Source: Candidatus Heimdallarchaeota archaeon
Lineage (GTDB): Archaea > Asgardarchaeota > Heimdallarchaeia > Hodarchaeales > Hodarchaeaceae
Length of the DNA: 15,098 nucleotides
Reading direction: 5' to 3'
Assembly (NCBI GenBank): GCA_019057635.1
Contig: DXJL01000098.1
Location: 1 to 15,098 of the forward strand
In this document: positions 1-7,325 of the stretch, one piece after another
Position numbering within the stretch: the first letter of the stretch is position 1
Layout of the letters: every line of letters begins with the position of its first letter
The notes under the pieces: model-generated
Told to the model about the DNA's origin: nothing
What the model saw: only the letters and a program-made list of their open reading frames with translations
Databases searched by the model: none
Program-made: the position numbers and the translations under genes

Positions 1-623
1 AGATGCCATACCCCAATATAGTTCTCATCCCATACTCCACTATTACTACTTTGAGGATTTGCATTAGAATTTCCATAATACATTGATATAATTGTATCTT
101 GAATACTTGATAAATTTGATTCAACCCAGGCTACTAAATGGGCATGTGATGAATTGTATGCACGATTGAATGTTTCAATCTCGGAATCTAAAATTGACCC
201 ATTTACATCGGTAAACATAATATCGCTTCCACTAGCTTGAGCATCATTATGTAGATCGGAATCGTAAATGTTTACCATTACTGGGAAATTTACCAGATCA
301 CTACTGACCTTTACATGATCAATAGTAATATTTTTTCGAAATGACCACCGAGTATCAGCCCATCCAGGTATGTAATAAGCTGATTTTCTATATTGCAGAG
401 TAAAAGGGTTAGACACAAATTCAGAAGAGTTTGCACCCAATTTGGGAATATTTACATGCTTGTCTGTTTGTTTGTATTTAAAACCGATTCCCCTTAAACA
501 TTGGGCAAATATATGATCTGAATCGATAAAATCTTGATCTTGTATTGGGATTGTAAATATAAAGAAGTTTAATATAAAGAGGTTTATTATAAATAATCGT
601 TTCAATGTACTACATCGTTTCAT
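1..623 (-). CDS. Secreted/surface DUF2341-domain protein (probably followed by a LamG-like domain), N-terminal part only; runs off the left edge
   Basis: Not in the ORF track. Manual translation from ATG 623 is open to base 1: MKRCSTLKRLFIINLFILNFFIFTIPIQ (basic + hydrophobic signal peptide)...GWADTRWSFRKNITIDHVKVSSDLVNFPVMVNIYDSDLHNDAQASGSDIMFTDVNGSILDSEIETFNRAYNSSHAHLVAWVESNLSSIQDTIISMYYGNSNANPQSSNSGVWDENYIGVWHL. The W-x2-RK-x-ITID, NFPV, G-x-DI-x-FTD, EIE, LVAWV and MYYGN motifs are DUF2341 hallmarks. VWD-x2-Y-x-GVWHL typically leads into LamG. GGAG lies upstream of the ATG. Confidence 0.88.
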   Translation of the reverse strand, partial: MKRCSTLKRLFIINLFILNFFIFTIPIQDQDFIDSDHIFAQCLRGIGFKYKQTDKHVNIPKLGANSSEFVSNPFTLQYRKSAYYIPGWADTRWSFRKNITIDHVKVSSDLVNFPVMVNIYDSDLHNDAQASGSDIMFTDVNGSILDSEIETFNRAYNSSHAHLVAWVESNLSSIQDTIISMYYGNSNANPQSSNSGVWDENYIGVWH

Positions 624-1003
624 AAGTAATATTCTCCATTGTGATCATTTTTATTTACCTCAGAGTCATTAACATTTGAATTTATTTCCAACGCTGAAAA
701 AAAGGATAATTCAGAAGTAGAATCTGAAAAAAACTGCTTAATTGTGAATCCCATCCTCCTGTACATAGCAATTGGAACTTCGTGATTTCCCTACTATGTG
801 TTCCTCAATAGAAATAGAGATTAAATTTAGAGTTATTTGCCGTATAAGTCTGAAAATCGTTTCTAAATAGCAACTGATTCCTATTTTCAACTCTATTCAC
901 CATGAAAAAGTATGAAACGTGAATTTAGAATGTGAGTAGTTCTTAAGCAAGACTCACTAAAGGATCCTTACTATTGTAATAAATATGGAAATTACGATTA
1001 TTA

Positions 1004-1132
1004 ATGAAGCTAGATAATACCTTCGGATTACGGATCTATTTTGATCCTAAACATAAAGCGTTTGAGTATGTTAAAATTGAAAAGGACTCTAATTTTCTTG
1101 GATATATTGAATACAATTCATTTTTTAAGTAG
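1004..1132 (+). CDS. Possible 42-aa small protein or gene remnant
   Basis: ATG 1004 to TAG 1130-1132 gives MKLDNTFGLRIYFDPKHKAFEYVKIEKDSNFLGYIEYNSFFK, a protein-like beta-strand pattern inside an otherwise empty 740-bp gap. No recognised family. Confidence 0.3.
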   Translation: MKLDNTFGLRIYFDPKHKAFEYVKIEKDSNFLGYIEYNSFFK

Positions 1133-1363
1133 AATTCACTTTCACCTCATTTTTTCTCATTATTGGTGAAGGAAAAAATGCAGAAAAAAAAGCGAACTTA
1201 GGTTTACATCTGATATATCTGGAAAGCAGGAAATTAAATTATGTTCTGGTTGAAGCAAACCGATGAACATATCCTCTAAAGTAAAATCGATACACTCATG
1301 CGAATGTTGATAAGGATTTCTAATCCCACGATTGCCCCAAACGAAATTCTTCTTTGTTTGATA

Positions 1364-1888
1364 TTAGAGGTTAAAAGGAGCGTCGTAAAGAATCTCTATA
1401 GGTGTAGGATTGTAATAAAAGGGAACTGATATTAAAGGTTGATAAATCAGTGAAATAGAGACAAATATACGTAATGTACAGTCTTCAATTGCTAAATGAG
1501 GGATATAATCTGTAACATTTATAGTGATCACATCATTTAATGTTTGTTGTCCTGTAATACTACCTAAATCATTCACCCCTTGACCTATCTGCTCACCATT
1601 TAAATGGGAGGATATCATCCAATTCACTGCTATAATAGAAATATTAATCGTCAAATCTCGAATACTATAGAAGCCTTTATTTGCGATAGAGATCGGAGTC
1701 GACACGATTAAATAACCGTCATAAACTGGATAGGGTATCATTTGCGTAGCTTCGATAGTTGGAACTACGGTAACGTCCCCTATACTGTAGGTAATGCTAC
1801 TAACAGAAATTAGAATGGTTCCAATAAAGCCAATTATTACAACGAAACCTATTACACCTGCTAGAAGTAGTATCCTTTTCTTTTTCAT
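1364..1888 (-). CDS. Membrane-anchored beta-sandwich protein, possibly LEA_2/WHy-like
   Basis: Likely start is ATG 1888 (MKKKR + ~25 hydrophobic residues); the ORF track uses GTG 1903. The ectodomain is beta-rich, with ISIANKGFYSIRDLTINISI resembling the LEA_2 'N-x-N/G' strand turn, and has sequons NIS and NVT. Confidence 0.7.
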   Translation of the reverse strand: MKKKRILLLAGVIGFVVIIGFIGTILISVSSITYSIGDVTVVPTIEATQMIPYPVYDGYLIVSTPISIANKGFYSIRDLTINISIIAVNWMISSHLNGEQIGQGVNDLGSITGQQTLNDVITINVTDYIPHLAIEDCTLRIFVSISLIYQPLISVPFYYNPTPIEILYDAPFNL

Positions 1889-2036
1889 TGTGGGTTCCTT
1901 CACTTTAATGCTTGTTTGATAAGATCATTTAAGAAATATGGAACACTTTTCTTCATTCTCAAATTCTATTCGGTAATTTTAACAATAATATCCCTATGTC
2001 ATAATTCTTCAAAAATGGCAAAGTGACTTTATTTTC

Positions 2037-2055
2037 TCAAGAATGTCATTCTTGA
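2037..2055. promoter_or_regulatory. Perfect 19-bp inverted repeat, candidate operator in a divergent promoter region
   Basis: TCAAGAATG-T-CATTCTTGA has 9-bp perfect arms and a 1-nt spacer. It lies about 100 bp upstream of a wHTH regulator gene. Confidence 0.5.
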
Positions 2056-2157
2056 CGATCTTTGTACCTTATGAGAGTTAGTTATCTAAAAGATAATTGA
2101 ACTCAAAAGAGTCATTTCACATATGTTTTCATGGAAAAATAGGGTAGATAAACAATC

Positions 2158-2838
2158 ATGACTTACACAGGCGTTATATCATCAGAAATGGATAAAGAAC
2201 GCGAAAAAACAGAGCTAGATGATCTTAAAAGACTACTCAAGATGAAAGGCGATATAAAAGAATTTCAAATACAGGAAACATGGAATTCTCTCAAAAGTAT
2301 GCAAGATGAATTAGAATTGCCATCCCTCTATCCAATGAAACAACACTACTATTTCTATTTACGATTGGAGGAAATTAGGAATGCATTAACTCTCTTTTCT
2401 TCTGATTTCATTCAACTTAATCAGCTTCATGTCGAGTTAAATCTTCTACGTGGTCTGTTAGAACTCCCTGAATCATCTTCTATCTCAGAGGTCATTAGAT
2501 TAATACGAAACAAATCTTTGGAAGAATTAATAGCTCTGGAATTTGGATCTGATTCACTTCTTCTAAAAGTTCTCTTATTACAAATATCCAAAAAACCGAT
2601 GACACCAACCTCTGACATAAAACCAGCGCTCATTCATGAACTCGATCGAAACCTCCTAGAAATTTTGATATCCTATGGGCCTCTCACCCGACCAGAGCTA
2701 GTTGATGTGACAGGTGTAGCAAGAAGTTCTATTTACGATAGCCTACGCCGACTGAATTTCAAAGGCCTTATTGTACAGTATTCGGGCAAAAGAACAAGCG
2801 TGGGTCGCCCTATGACCCTGTTTGATGCTTTGCTTTAA
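2158..2838 (+). CDS. Transcriptional regulator with C-terminal winged HTH (TrmB/ArsR-like) and an unknown helical N-terminal region
   Basis: The C-terminus ELDRNLLEILISYGPLTRPELVDVTGVARSSIYDSLRRLNFKGLIVQY...SVGRPMTLF is a classic wHTH with a GRP wing. Confidence 0.82.
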   Translation: MTYTGVISSEMDKEREKTELDDLKRLLKMKGDIKEFQIQETWNSLKSMQDELELPSLYPMKQHYYFYLRLEEIRNALTLFSSDFIQLNQLHVELNLLRGLLELPESSSISEVIRLIRNKSLEELIALEFGSDSLLLKVLLLQISKKPMTPTSDIKPALIHELDRNLLEILISYGPLTRPELVDVTGVARSSIYDSLRRLNFKGLIVQYSGKRTSVGRPMTLFDALL

Positions 2839-2862
2839 GTTCTTATATTATTAATTTCTGAA

Positions 2863-3153
2863 ATGTTTTTTCTTGCTTTCTGTGCAGAAAAAGCAAACTG
2901 GGTAAGAAACATACGTGCTAATCCAGATAAAGTGAAAGTTCAGGTTAGATTCAAATCTTTCCAAGCCCACGTTGAAATTATTGAATCCTTTTCAGAGAAA
3001 ATTAAATATCTTGAATGGATGGTTACTAAGCTGCCTAAAGAAGCTAAAACTGGCTTTGGGTGGGTTCCTAAGCAACATACGATTGGAAATTTAGATTTTA
3101 CTTCTTTAGCAGAGTTCTTAACCTTGATAAAATTACATAATCCCAAGTCCTAA
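2863..3153 (+). pseudogene. 5'-truncated deazaflavin(F420)-dependent nitroreductase / quinone reductase (DDN family) fragment
   Basis: ANWVRNIRANPDKVKVQV matches the DDN 'W-x-RN-[LI]-x-ANP' motif. The family's N-terminal LLLTTxGRKSGxxRxTPL motif is absent, and there is no room for it because the upstream gene stops 24 nt before the ATG. Confidence 0.65.
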
Positions 3154-3256
3154 TGGGTAATAAGATTATAAAATGTCTCTTAACTCCAAAACTTGATTAT
3201 TCTCGGTTATTCTGTTTGGAATAAAACAATAATTTCCTTGTTTGAGAGAATTAATA

Positions 3257-3715
3257 ATGTTCAAACGTAGTTCCAACCCTGATGAGCGTGCTAGTGTACC
3301 TGCATGGTTTGTCTATCGGTGTGTGGACAATGTAGTTCTATATTCTAGAGTTTATTCAGCGATAGAAGGAATTCGTTCATCAGAGAAGGCAACCGCTCTC
3401 AACGACATCTTCAAAACTCTGTTACATTTGTTAAAAAGTAGTTTTTCTTGGCTATCCTCAAAACATGTTGAATATATTGCTATGGACACCTACGATATTA
3501 GTTTATTACGTGGGAGATTTATTACTCTCGTTTTCATCATTCGGAGAGGAGATTCCTCTAAGAATATTTATCGGGTACAAGAAAAATTATTGAAAATAAT
3601 AGAAACAGATGCTGAAGGCCGTCTTTCATCACAAATTGATGAACCTGAACTTTTACGTGATGTATGGATGAGCAGTGAGGAGAAAATTCGACCTTTTATT
3701 CACCATTCTTTTTAG
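3257..3715 (+). CDS. Hypothetical protein, stand-alone longin-like domain
   Basis: Likely start is ATG 3257 (track: TTG 3242). The pattern is beta-beta (AWFVYRC/NVVLYSRVY), helix (ATALNDIFKTLLHLLKSSF), three strands (VEYIAM/YDISLLRG/ITLVFIIR) and two helices, which is longin topology. Fold inferred by eye. Confidence 0.6.
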   Translation: MFKRSSNPDERASVPAWFVYRCVDNVVLYSRVYSAIEGIRSSEKATALNDIFKTLLHLLKSSFSWLSSKHVEYIAMDTYDISLLRGRFITLVFIIRRGDSSKNIYRVQEKLLKIIETDAEGRLSSQIDEPELLRDVWMSSEEKIRPFIHHSF

Positions 3716-3774
3716 TCCTGAAAGATTTCTCCCGATGAAATATTTTTAATCTCAGAGGAAATTCTTGTAGCATT

Positions 3775-4248
3775 ATGGAAAATGACAAAGTCATTAAAAT
3801 GATACTAAATGGTTTAAAAGGAAAAAACACCCACCTTCCACCAAAAAAAGCGATAGAGGGATTAACACCCGAGATTGCTAAAATGATTCCCGAAAACGAA
3901 TATCATTCTTGTTGGGAAATGCTCCATCATATAGTCGTCTGGCAAGAAGCAATTTTTGAAGGGATAAAAGGGAAAGAAGTCGATTGGCAAGCTATCAGTG
4001 AGAATAATAACTGGCCAACCAGCGATCACCTAGCCGACGATTCTAATTATCTCAACCTAGTAAATAAATTTGAACAAGGGTTATTACATACAGAAGAATT
4101 AGCTAAAACTACTGATTTAGATAAATCTATGCCTAGTTGGGGTAACGCCCCAGTTCTTCAAGCATTCTTTGTGCTTCTTCAACATAATTCCTATCATCTC
4201 GGACAAATTGTTTCAGTAAGAAAAATACTGGGTAATTGGCCGTCCTAG
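3775..4248 (+). CDS. DinB/YfiT-family putative metalloenzyme (DinB_2)
   Basis: HSCWEMLHHIVVW and QHNSYHLGQI provide the His metal triad of the DinB four-helix bundle. Confidence 0.9.
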   Translation: MENDKVIKMILNGLKGKNTHLPPKKAIEGLTPEIAKMIPENEYHSCWEMLHHIVVWQEAIFEGIKGKEVDWQAISENNNWPTSDHLADDSNYLNLVNKFEQGLLHTEELAKTTDLDKSMPSWGNAPVLQAFFVLLQHNSYHLGQIVSVRKILGNWPS

Positions 4249-4261
4249 GCTGGTATCACGT

Positions 4262-5083
4262 ATGACGAAGGGTATAGGTAAAGAATTCCTGAAGAAAACA
4301 AAATATCAGTTTATGGAACCTCCTGATCAGAGTAAAGGAGTACCCCAACCTCCTTTAGAAACAAAATATGATACCAGTAAAGAACTCATAAGTCTAGTAG
4401 AACCGAGTCAAATTAGTATTCCTAATAAATTTTTGCGTGAATGTATCGAAACACGGCAGAGTATTCGAACATATTCCAATGAGTCCCTTAGTGTTATGGA
4501 ATTGTCATGGTTATTGTGGTGTACTCAAGGTGTTAGAAATCAAGATCTTGAAAAAGTAAGAACTAATTATTCTGGTGAGAAGGAAATTGAAGAAATCAAA
4601 AAGGTCTTGAAAACTGTTACTTTACGTAATGTACCTTCAGCAGGTGCTCGTCACGCGTTTGAAACCTATTTATATATTAATCGTGTCGAAGGATTAGAAT
4701 CAGGTTTATATCGCTATATTGCAACCCGGCATAAACTGTTAGAAATATCCAAGGATCCAAATCTCCCTCTAAAAATGAAAAAAGCCGCATATGATCAATC
4801 TATGGTTGTAAAAAGCGCTGTCACTTTTATTTGGGTCGCAAACACTCACAGAATGGCATGGAGATACGGTCAAAGAGGGTTTCGTTATTTATTTCTCGAT
4901 GCAGGTCATGTCTGTCAAAATCTTTACCTTTCTGCAGAAAATATTTCATGTGGCGTATGTGCTATAGCCGCTTATCATGACGATGAATTCAATGAATTGC
5001 TAGGATTAGATGAACAGGAGCAAGTAGTTATTTATTTGGCTACTGTTGGCAAGAAAAAGGAAAAAGTCCGTACTCAAACATAG
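4262..5083 (+). CDS. SagB/ThcOx-family FMN-dependent dehydrogenase (nitroreductase superfamily)
   Basis: Motifs RQSIRTYS, LSWLLWCTQG, LRNVPSAGARHAFETY and WRYGQRGFRYLFLDAGHVCQNLYL. It starts 13 nt after the dinB-like gene. Confidence 0.92.
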   Translation: MTKGIGKEFLKKTKYQFMEPPDQSKGVPQPPLETKYDTSKELISLVEPSQISIPNKFLRECIETRQSIRTYSNESLSVMELSWLLWCTQGVRNQDLEKVRTNYSGEKEIEEIKKVLKTVTLRNVPSAGARHAFETYLYINRVEGLESGLYRYIATRHKLLEISKDPNLPLKMKKAAYDQSMVVKSAVTFIWVANTHRMAWRYGQRGFRYLFLDAGHVCQNLYLSAENISCGVCAIAAYHDDEFNELLGLDEQEQVVIYLATVGKKKEKVRTQT

Positions 5084-5276
5084 ATTATGCAGTATCTTTT
5101 TAAACACTTACAAAAATCGTTCCGTAGGACATAAACCTAATTTTTAAAGTAGAAAAAGACGAATGGAACGATTTGCTAACTTCTTTTTATCATGGATTAA
5201 ATAATTGTGACCTTTAAGATAATTTTGCTTTTAAATCGGGATTAAGTTCAATTCGTAGCTAAATTGAGTGTATAAA

Positions 5277-5864
5277 ATGTCATACGAAAGTAATAATACG
5301 TACGAAACACATGACGTCAAAATAGGAGACGTCAAAGCTCTTGAAAAACATCTAGACGTAATTTTTAAAGTCTATGAGAAAGAAGAAGAACGTGAAATCA
5401 ATGCAAAATCTGGTGACACCCATCGAGTTTGCGATTTTACAGTTGCAGATGAATCAGGATCTATAACCTTTACCTGCTGGAACGAGGATATCGACGCTCT
5501 TGAATTAGAAAAGGTTTACAAATTATCAAATGGATTTGCTAATGTTTTCCGAAACTCCCTTCGCTTATCCAAAGGCAAGTTCGGAACCATAACCGAAGAC
5601 TCAACTATTTTTGATGAAGTCAATACAGAAAACAACAGATCTTCTGAACATGTAGAAGATCCACGCCGTAGATCTTACGGTGGCGGTGGTGGCCGTGGTG
5701 GATATGGTGGAGATCGTGGTGGCCGCGGAGGCGGTGGATATGGCGGTGGCCGTGGTGGCGGTGGATATGGTGGAGATCGTGGCGGTGGCCGTGGTGGCGG
5801 TGGTGGCGGTGGTGGCCGTGGTGGCGGTCGTGATCGTCGTTCTGGTGGCGGAAGTCGCTGGTAA
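5277..5864 (+). CDS. ssb: Single-stranded DNA-binding protein, crenarchaeal-type single OB fold, with long RGG/YGG C-terminal tail
   Basis: Likely start is ATG 5277 (track: GTG 5268). OB-fold motifs VKIGDV, VIFKV, TVADESGSITFTCWN and NGFANVFRNSLRLSKGKFGTI resemble Sulfolobus SSB/human SSB1. Confidence 0.9.
   Translation: MSYESNNTYETHDVKIGDVKALEKHLDVIFKVYEKEEEREINAKSGDTHRVCDFTVADESGSITFTCWNEDIDALELEKVYKLSNGFANVFRNSLRLSKGKFGTITEDSTIFDEVNTENNRSSEHVEDPRRRSYGGGGGRGGYGGDRGGRGGGGYGGGRGGGGYGGDRGGGRGGGGGGGGRGGGRDRRSGGGSRW
5664..5861 (+). repeat. GC-rich low-complexity GGN-codon repeat encoding a Gly/Arg/Tyr tail
   Basis: GGT/GGC/CGT runs with an exact 23-nt direct repeat GGTGGATATGGTGGAGATCGTGG at 5697-5719 and 5760-5782 (63-bp period). 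Confidence 0.9.
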
Positions 5865-5890
5865 AAATCTTAACTCCCTTTCTTTTTTAA

Positions 5891-5930
5891 AAAAAATGTG
5901 TTAATCTCTTAACATTTTTTCTTTTTTTTT
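5891..5930 (+). terminator. Probable terminator after ssb
   Basis: Hairpin TGTTAA-tctc-TTAACA (5899-5914) followed by TTTTTTCTTTTTTTTT. Another T-tract follows directly after the stop codon. Confidence 0.6.
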
Positions 5931-6122
5931 ATTATCGAACTAGTTCATTGTTCGGTTTAATAAAGAGCACACATATCTGAAAATCTAGGTTCTTTTCTCG
6001 GGAGGAGAATATACTTTTCTACAGAGAAATACGTTATCCAAGCTTATATCTTTCCTTCCGTAGGAAATATATTGATGTTTGAAGATTCTTCCTCAAACGG
6101 TAAATAGTGCTTGTTGATACCT

Positions 6123-7265
6123 ATGCAGTACAGAAAACTGGGAAAAACAGGAATAAACGTTTCAGCTCTTGGGTTTGGTTGTATGAGACTTCCAACTTTA
6201 CAACCGGGTGAACCTAAGATCGATCGTGAAAGAGCTATCAATTTAATTAGGGAAGGTATTGATTCTGGTATTAATTATGTTGATACTGCTCATATGTATC
6301 ATGATAAGGAGAGTGAGATCGTTGTGGGTTTAGCCCTTAAAGATGGATATCGGGAGAAGGTAACCCTTGTAACTAAATGTCCAGTTTTTTATCAAGACTT
6401 TAAAGAAACCTCTCAATTCACTCTTTACTTAGATGAACAATTGAAGAAATTAGATGTTGAGTATCTAGATTATTACTTAATGCATGGATTAAATGCAAAA
6501 ACGTTCAAAGAAAAGGTTCAGGATTTAAATTTAATCAATGAAGCATTGGTTGCAAAGGAAGCAGGAAAGATTAAACATCTTGCCTTCTCATTTCATGATA
6601 AACCCGAAGTTCTAAAGGAAATAATCGATACGGGTCATTTTGATTTAATGTTGGTACAGTATAATATTCTTGATCAAGTTAATGATGAAATGATTACTTA
6701 TGCAGCTAAACAAGGGATGGGAGTAGCTACTATGGGATCTGTGGGAGGAGGTCGGCTTGCAGGATCACCTCCTGAATCTATGCACCAATGGCTTTCAGAA
6801 GGGAGAGAAAATTTTGCTGATTTAGCCCTTAAGTTTGTGCTAGCCAATCCTAATGTCTCTGTTGCATTGTCAGGAATGGGTTCCGAGGAAATGCTTCATG
6901 ATAATTTGAATCTGGTTTCTAGGGATGACTATAACCATTATCTAGGAACGGAGAAAGAAAGAATTGCAGAAATTGCAATGAAGTTCAAAGAGTTGTCCAA
7001 TCTAGTTTGTACGGGATGTGGATATTGTATGCCATGTCCTAATGAAGTAAACATTAAGTTAACCTTTGAATACATGATAGATTATCAAATATACGGACAA
7101 GAAGAAGCTAAAACATGGTACTCAAACATCGGAAAAGTAAGCTGGGCTCCAGGAAAAAATGCAGAGGCCTGCATAGAATGTCAAGATTGCTTAGAGAAAT
7201 GCCCACAAAATATCCCCATCATAGATCAACTCAAGGAGGCACATCAGCTATTAGCGTTTGAATAA
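6123..7265 (+). CDS. Aldo/keto reductase with C-terminal 4Fe-4S dicluster domain (COG1453-type)
   Basis: Likely start is ATG 6123 (MQYRKLGKTG; track: TTG 6111). Motifs SALGFGCMRLP, GINYVDTAHMY, LVTK and YYLMH; CTGCGYCMPCP and CIECQDCLEKCPQ are the Fe-S motifs. Confidence 0.95.
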   Translation: MQYRKLGKTGINVSALGFGCMRLPTLQPGEPKIDRERAINLIREGIDSGINYVDTAHMYHDKESEIVVGLALKDGYREKVTLVTKCPVFYQDFKETSQFTLYLDEQLKKLDVEYLDYYLMHGLNAKTFKEKVQDLNLINEALVAKEAGKIKHLAFSFHDKPEVLKEIIDTGHFDLMLVQYNILDQVNDEMITYAAKQGMGVATMGSVGGGRLAGSPPESMHQWLSEGRENFADLALKFVLANPNVSVALSGMGSEEMLHDNLNLVSRDDYNHYLGTEKERIAEIAMKFKELSNLVCTGCGYCMPCPNEVNIKLTFEYMIDYQIYGQEEAKTWYSNIGKVSWAPGKNAEACIECQDCLEKCPQNIPIIDQLKEAHQLLAFE

Positions 7266-7325
7266 TATTAACCCAGAAAAGAATATTCATTTACTCAGCA
7301 AAATTTTGTATAACAGGGGGGAGGA

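Noticed and set aside
556-595. Imperfect 15-bp tandem repeat (AATATAAAGAAGTTT/AATATAAAGAGGTTT)
   Set aside because: It encodes the low-complexity hydrophobic core of the signal peptide; no independent role is evident.
5664-5861. CRISPR array, HGT island or functional G-quadruplex
   Set aside because: No repeat-spacer structure. The high GC and GG runs are fully explained by Gly/Arg codons, and there are no GGG tracts.
4262-5864. RiPP (microcin B17/TOMM-like) cluster: SagB-type oxidase next to a Gly-rich peptide
   Set aside because: No YcaO cyclodehydratase, transporter or leader peptide is present. The Gly-rich stretch is the SSB tail, with no Cys and few Ser. Stand-alone SagB-like genes are common in anaerobes.
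5680-5904. 74-aa Val/Ala-rich 'membrane' ORF
   Set aside because: Shifted-frame reading of the GGN repeat in the ssb tail.
5937-5946. Perfect palindrome GAACTAGTTC upstream of the AKR gene
   Set aside because: A single 10-bp palindrome is expected by chance several times in 15 kb and has no supporting second copy.
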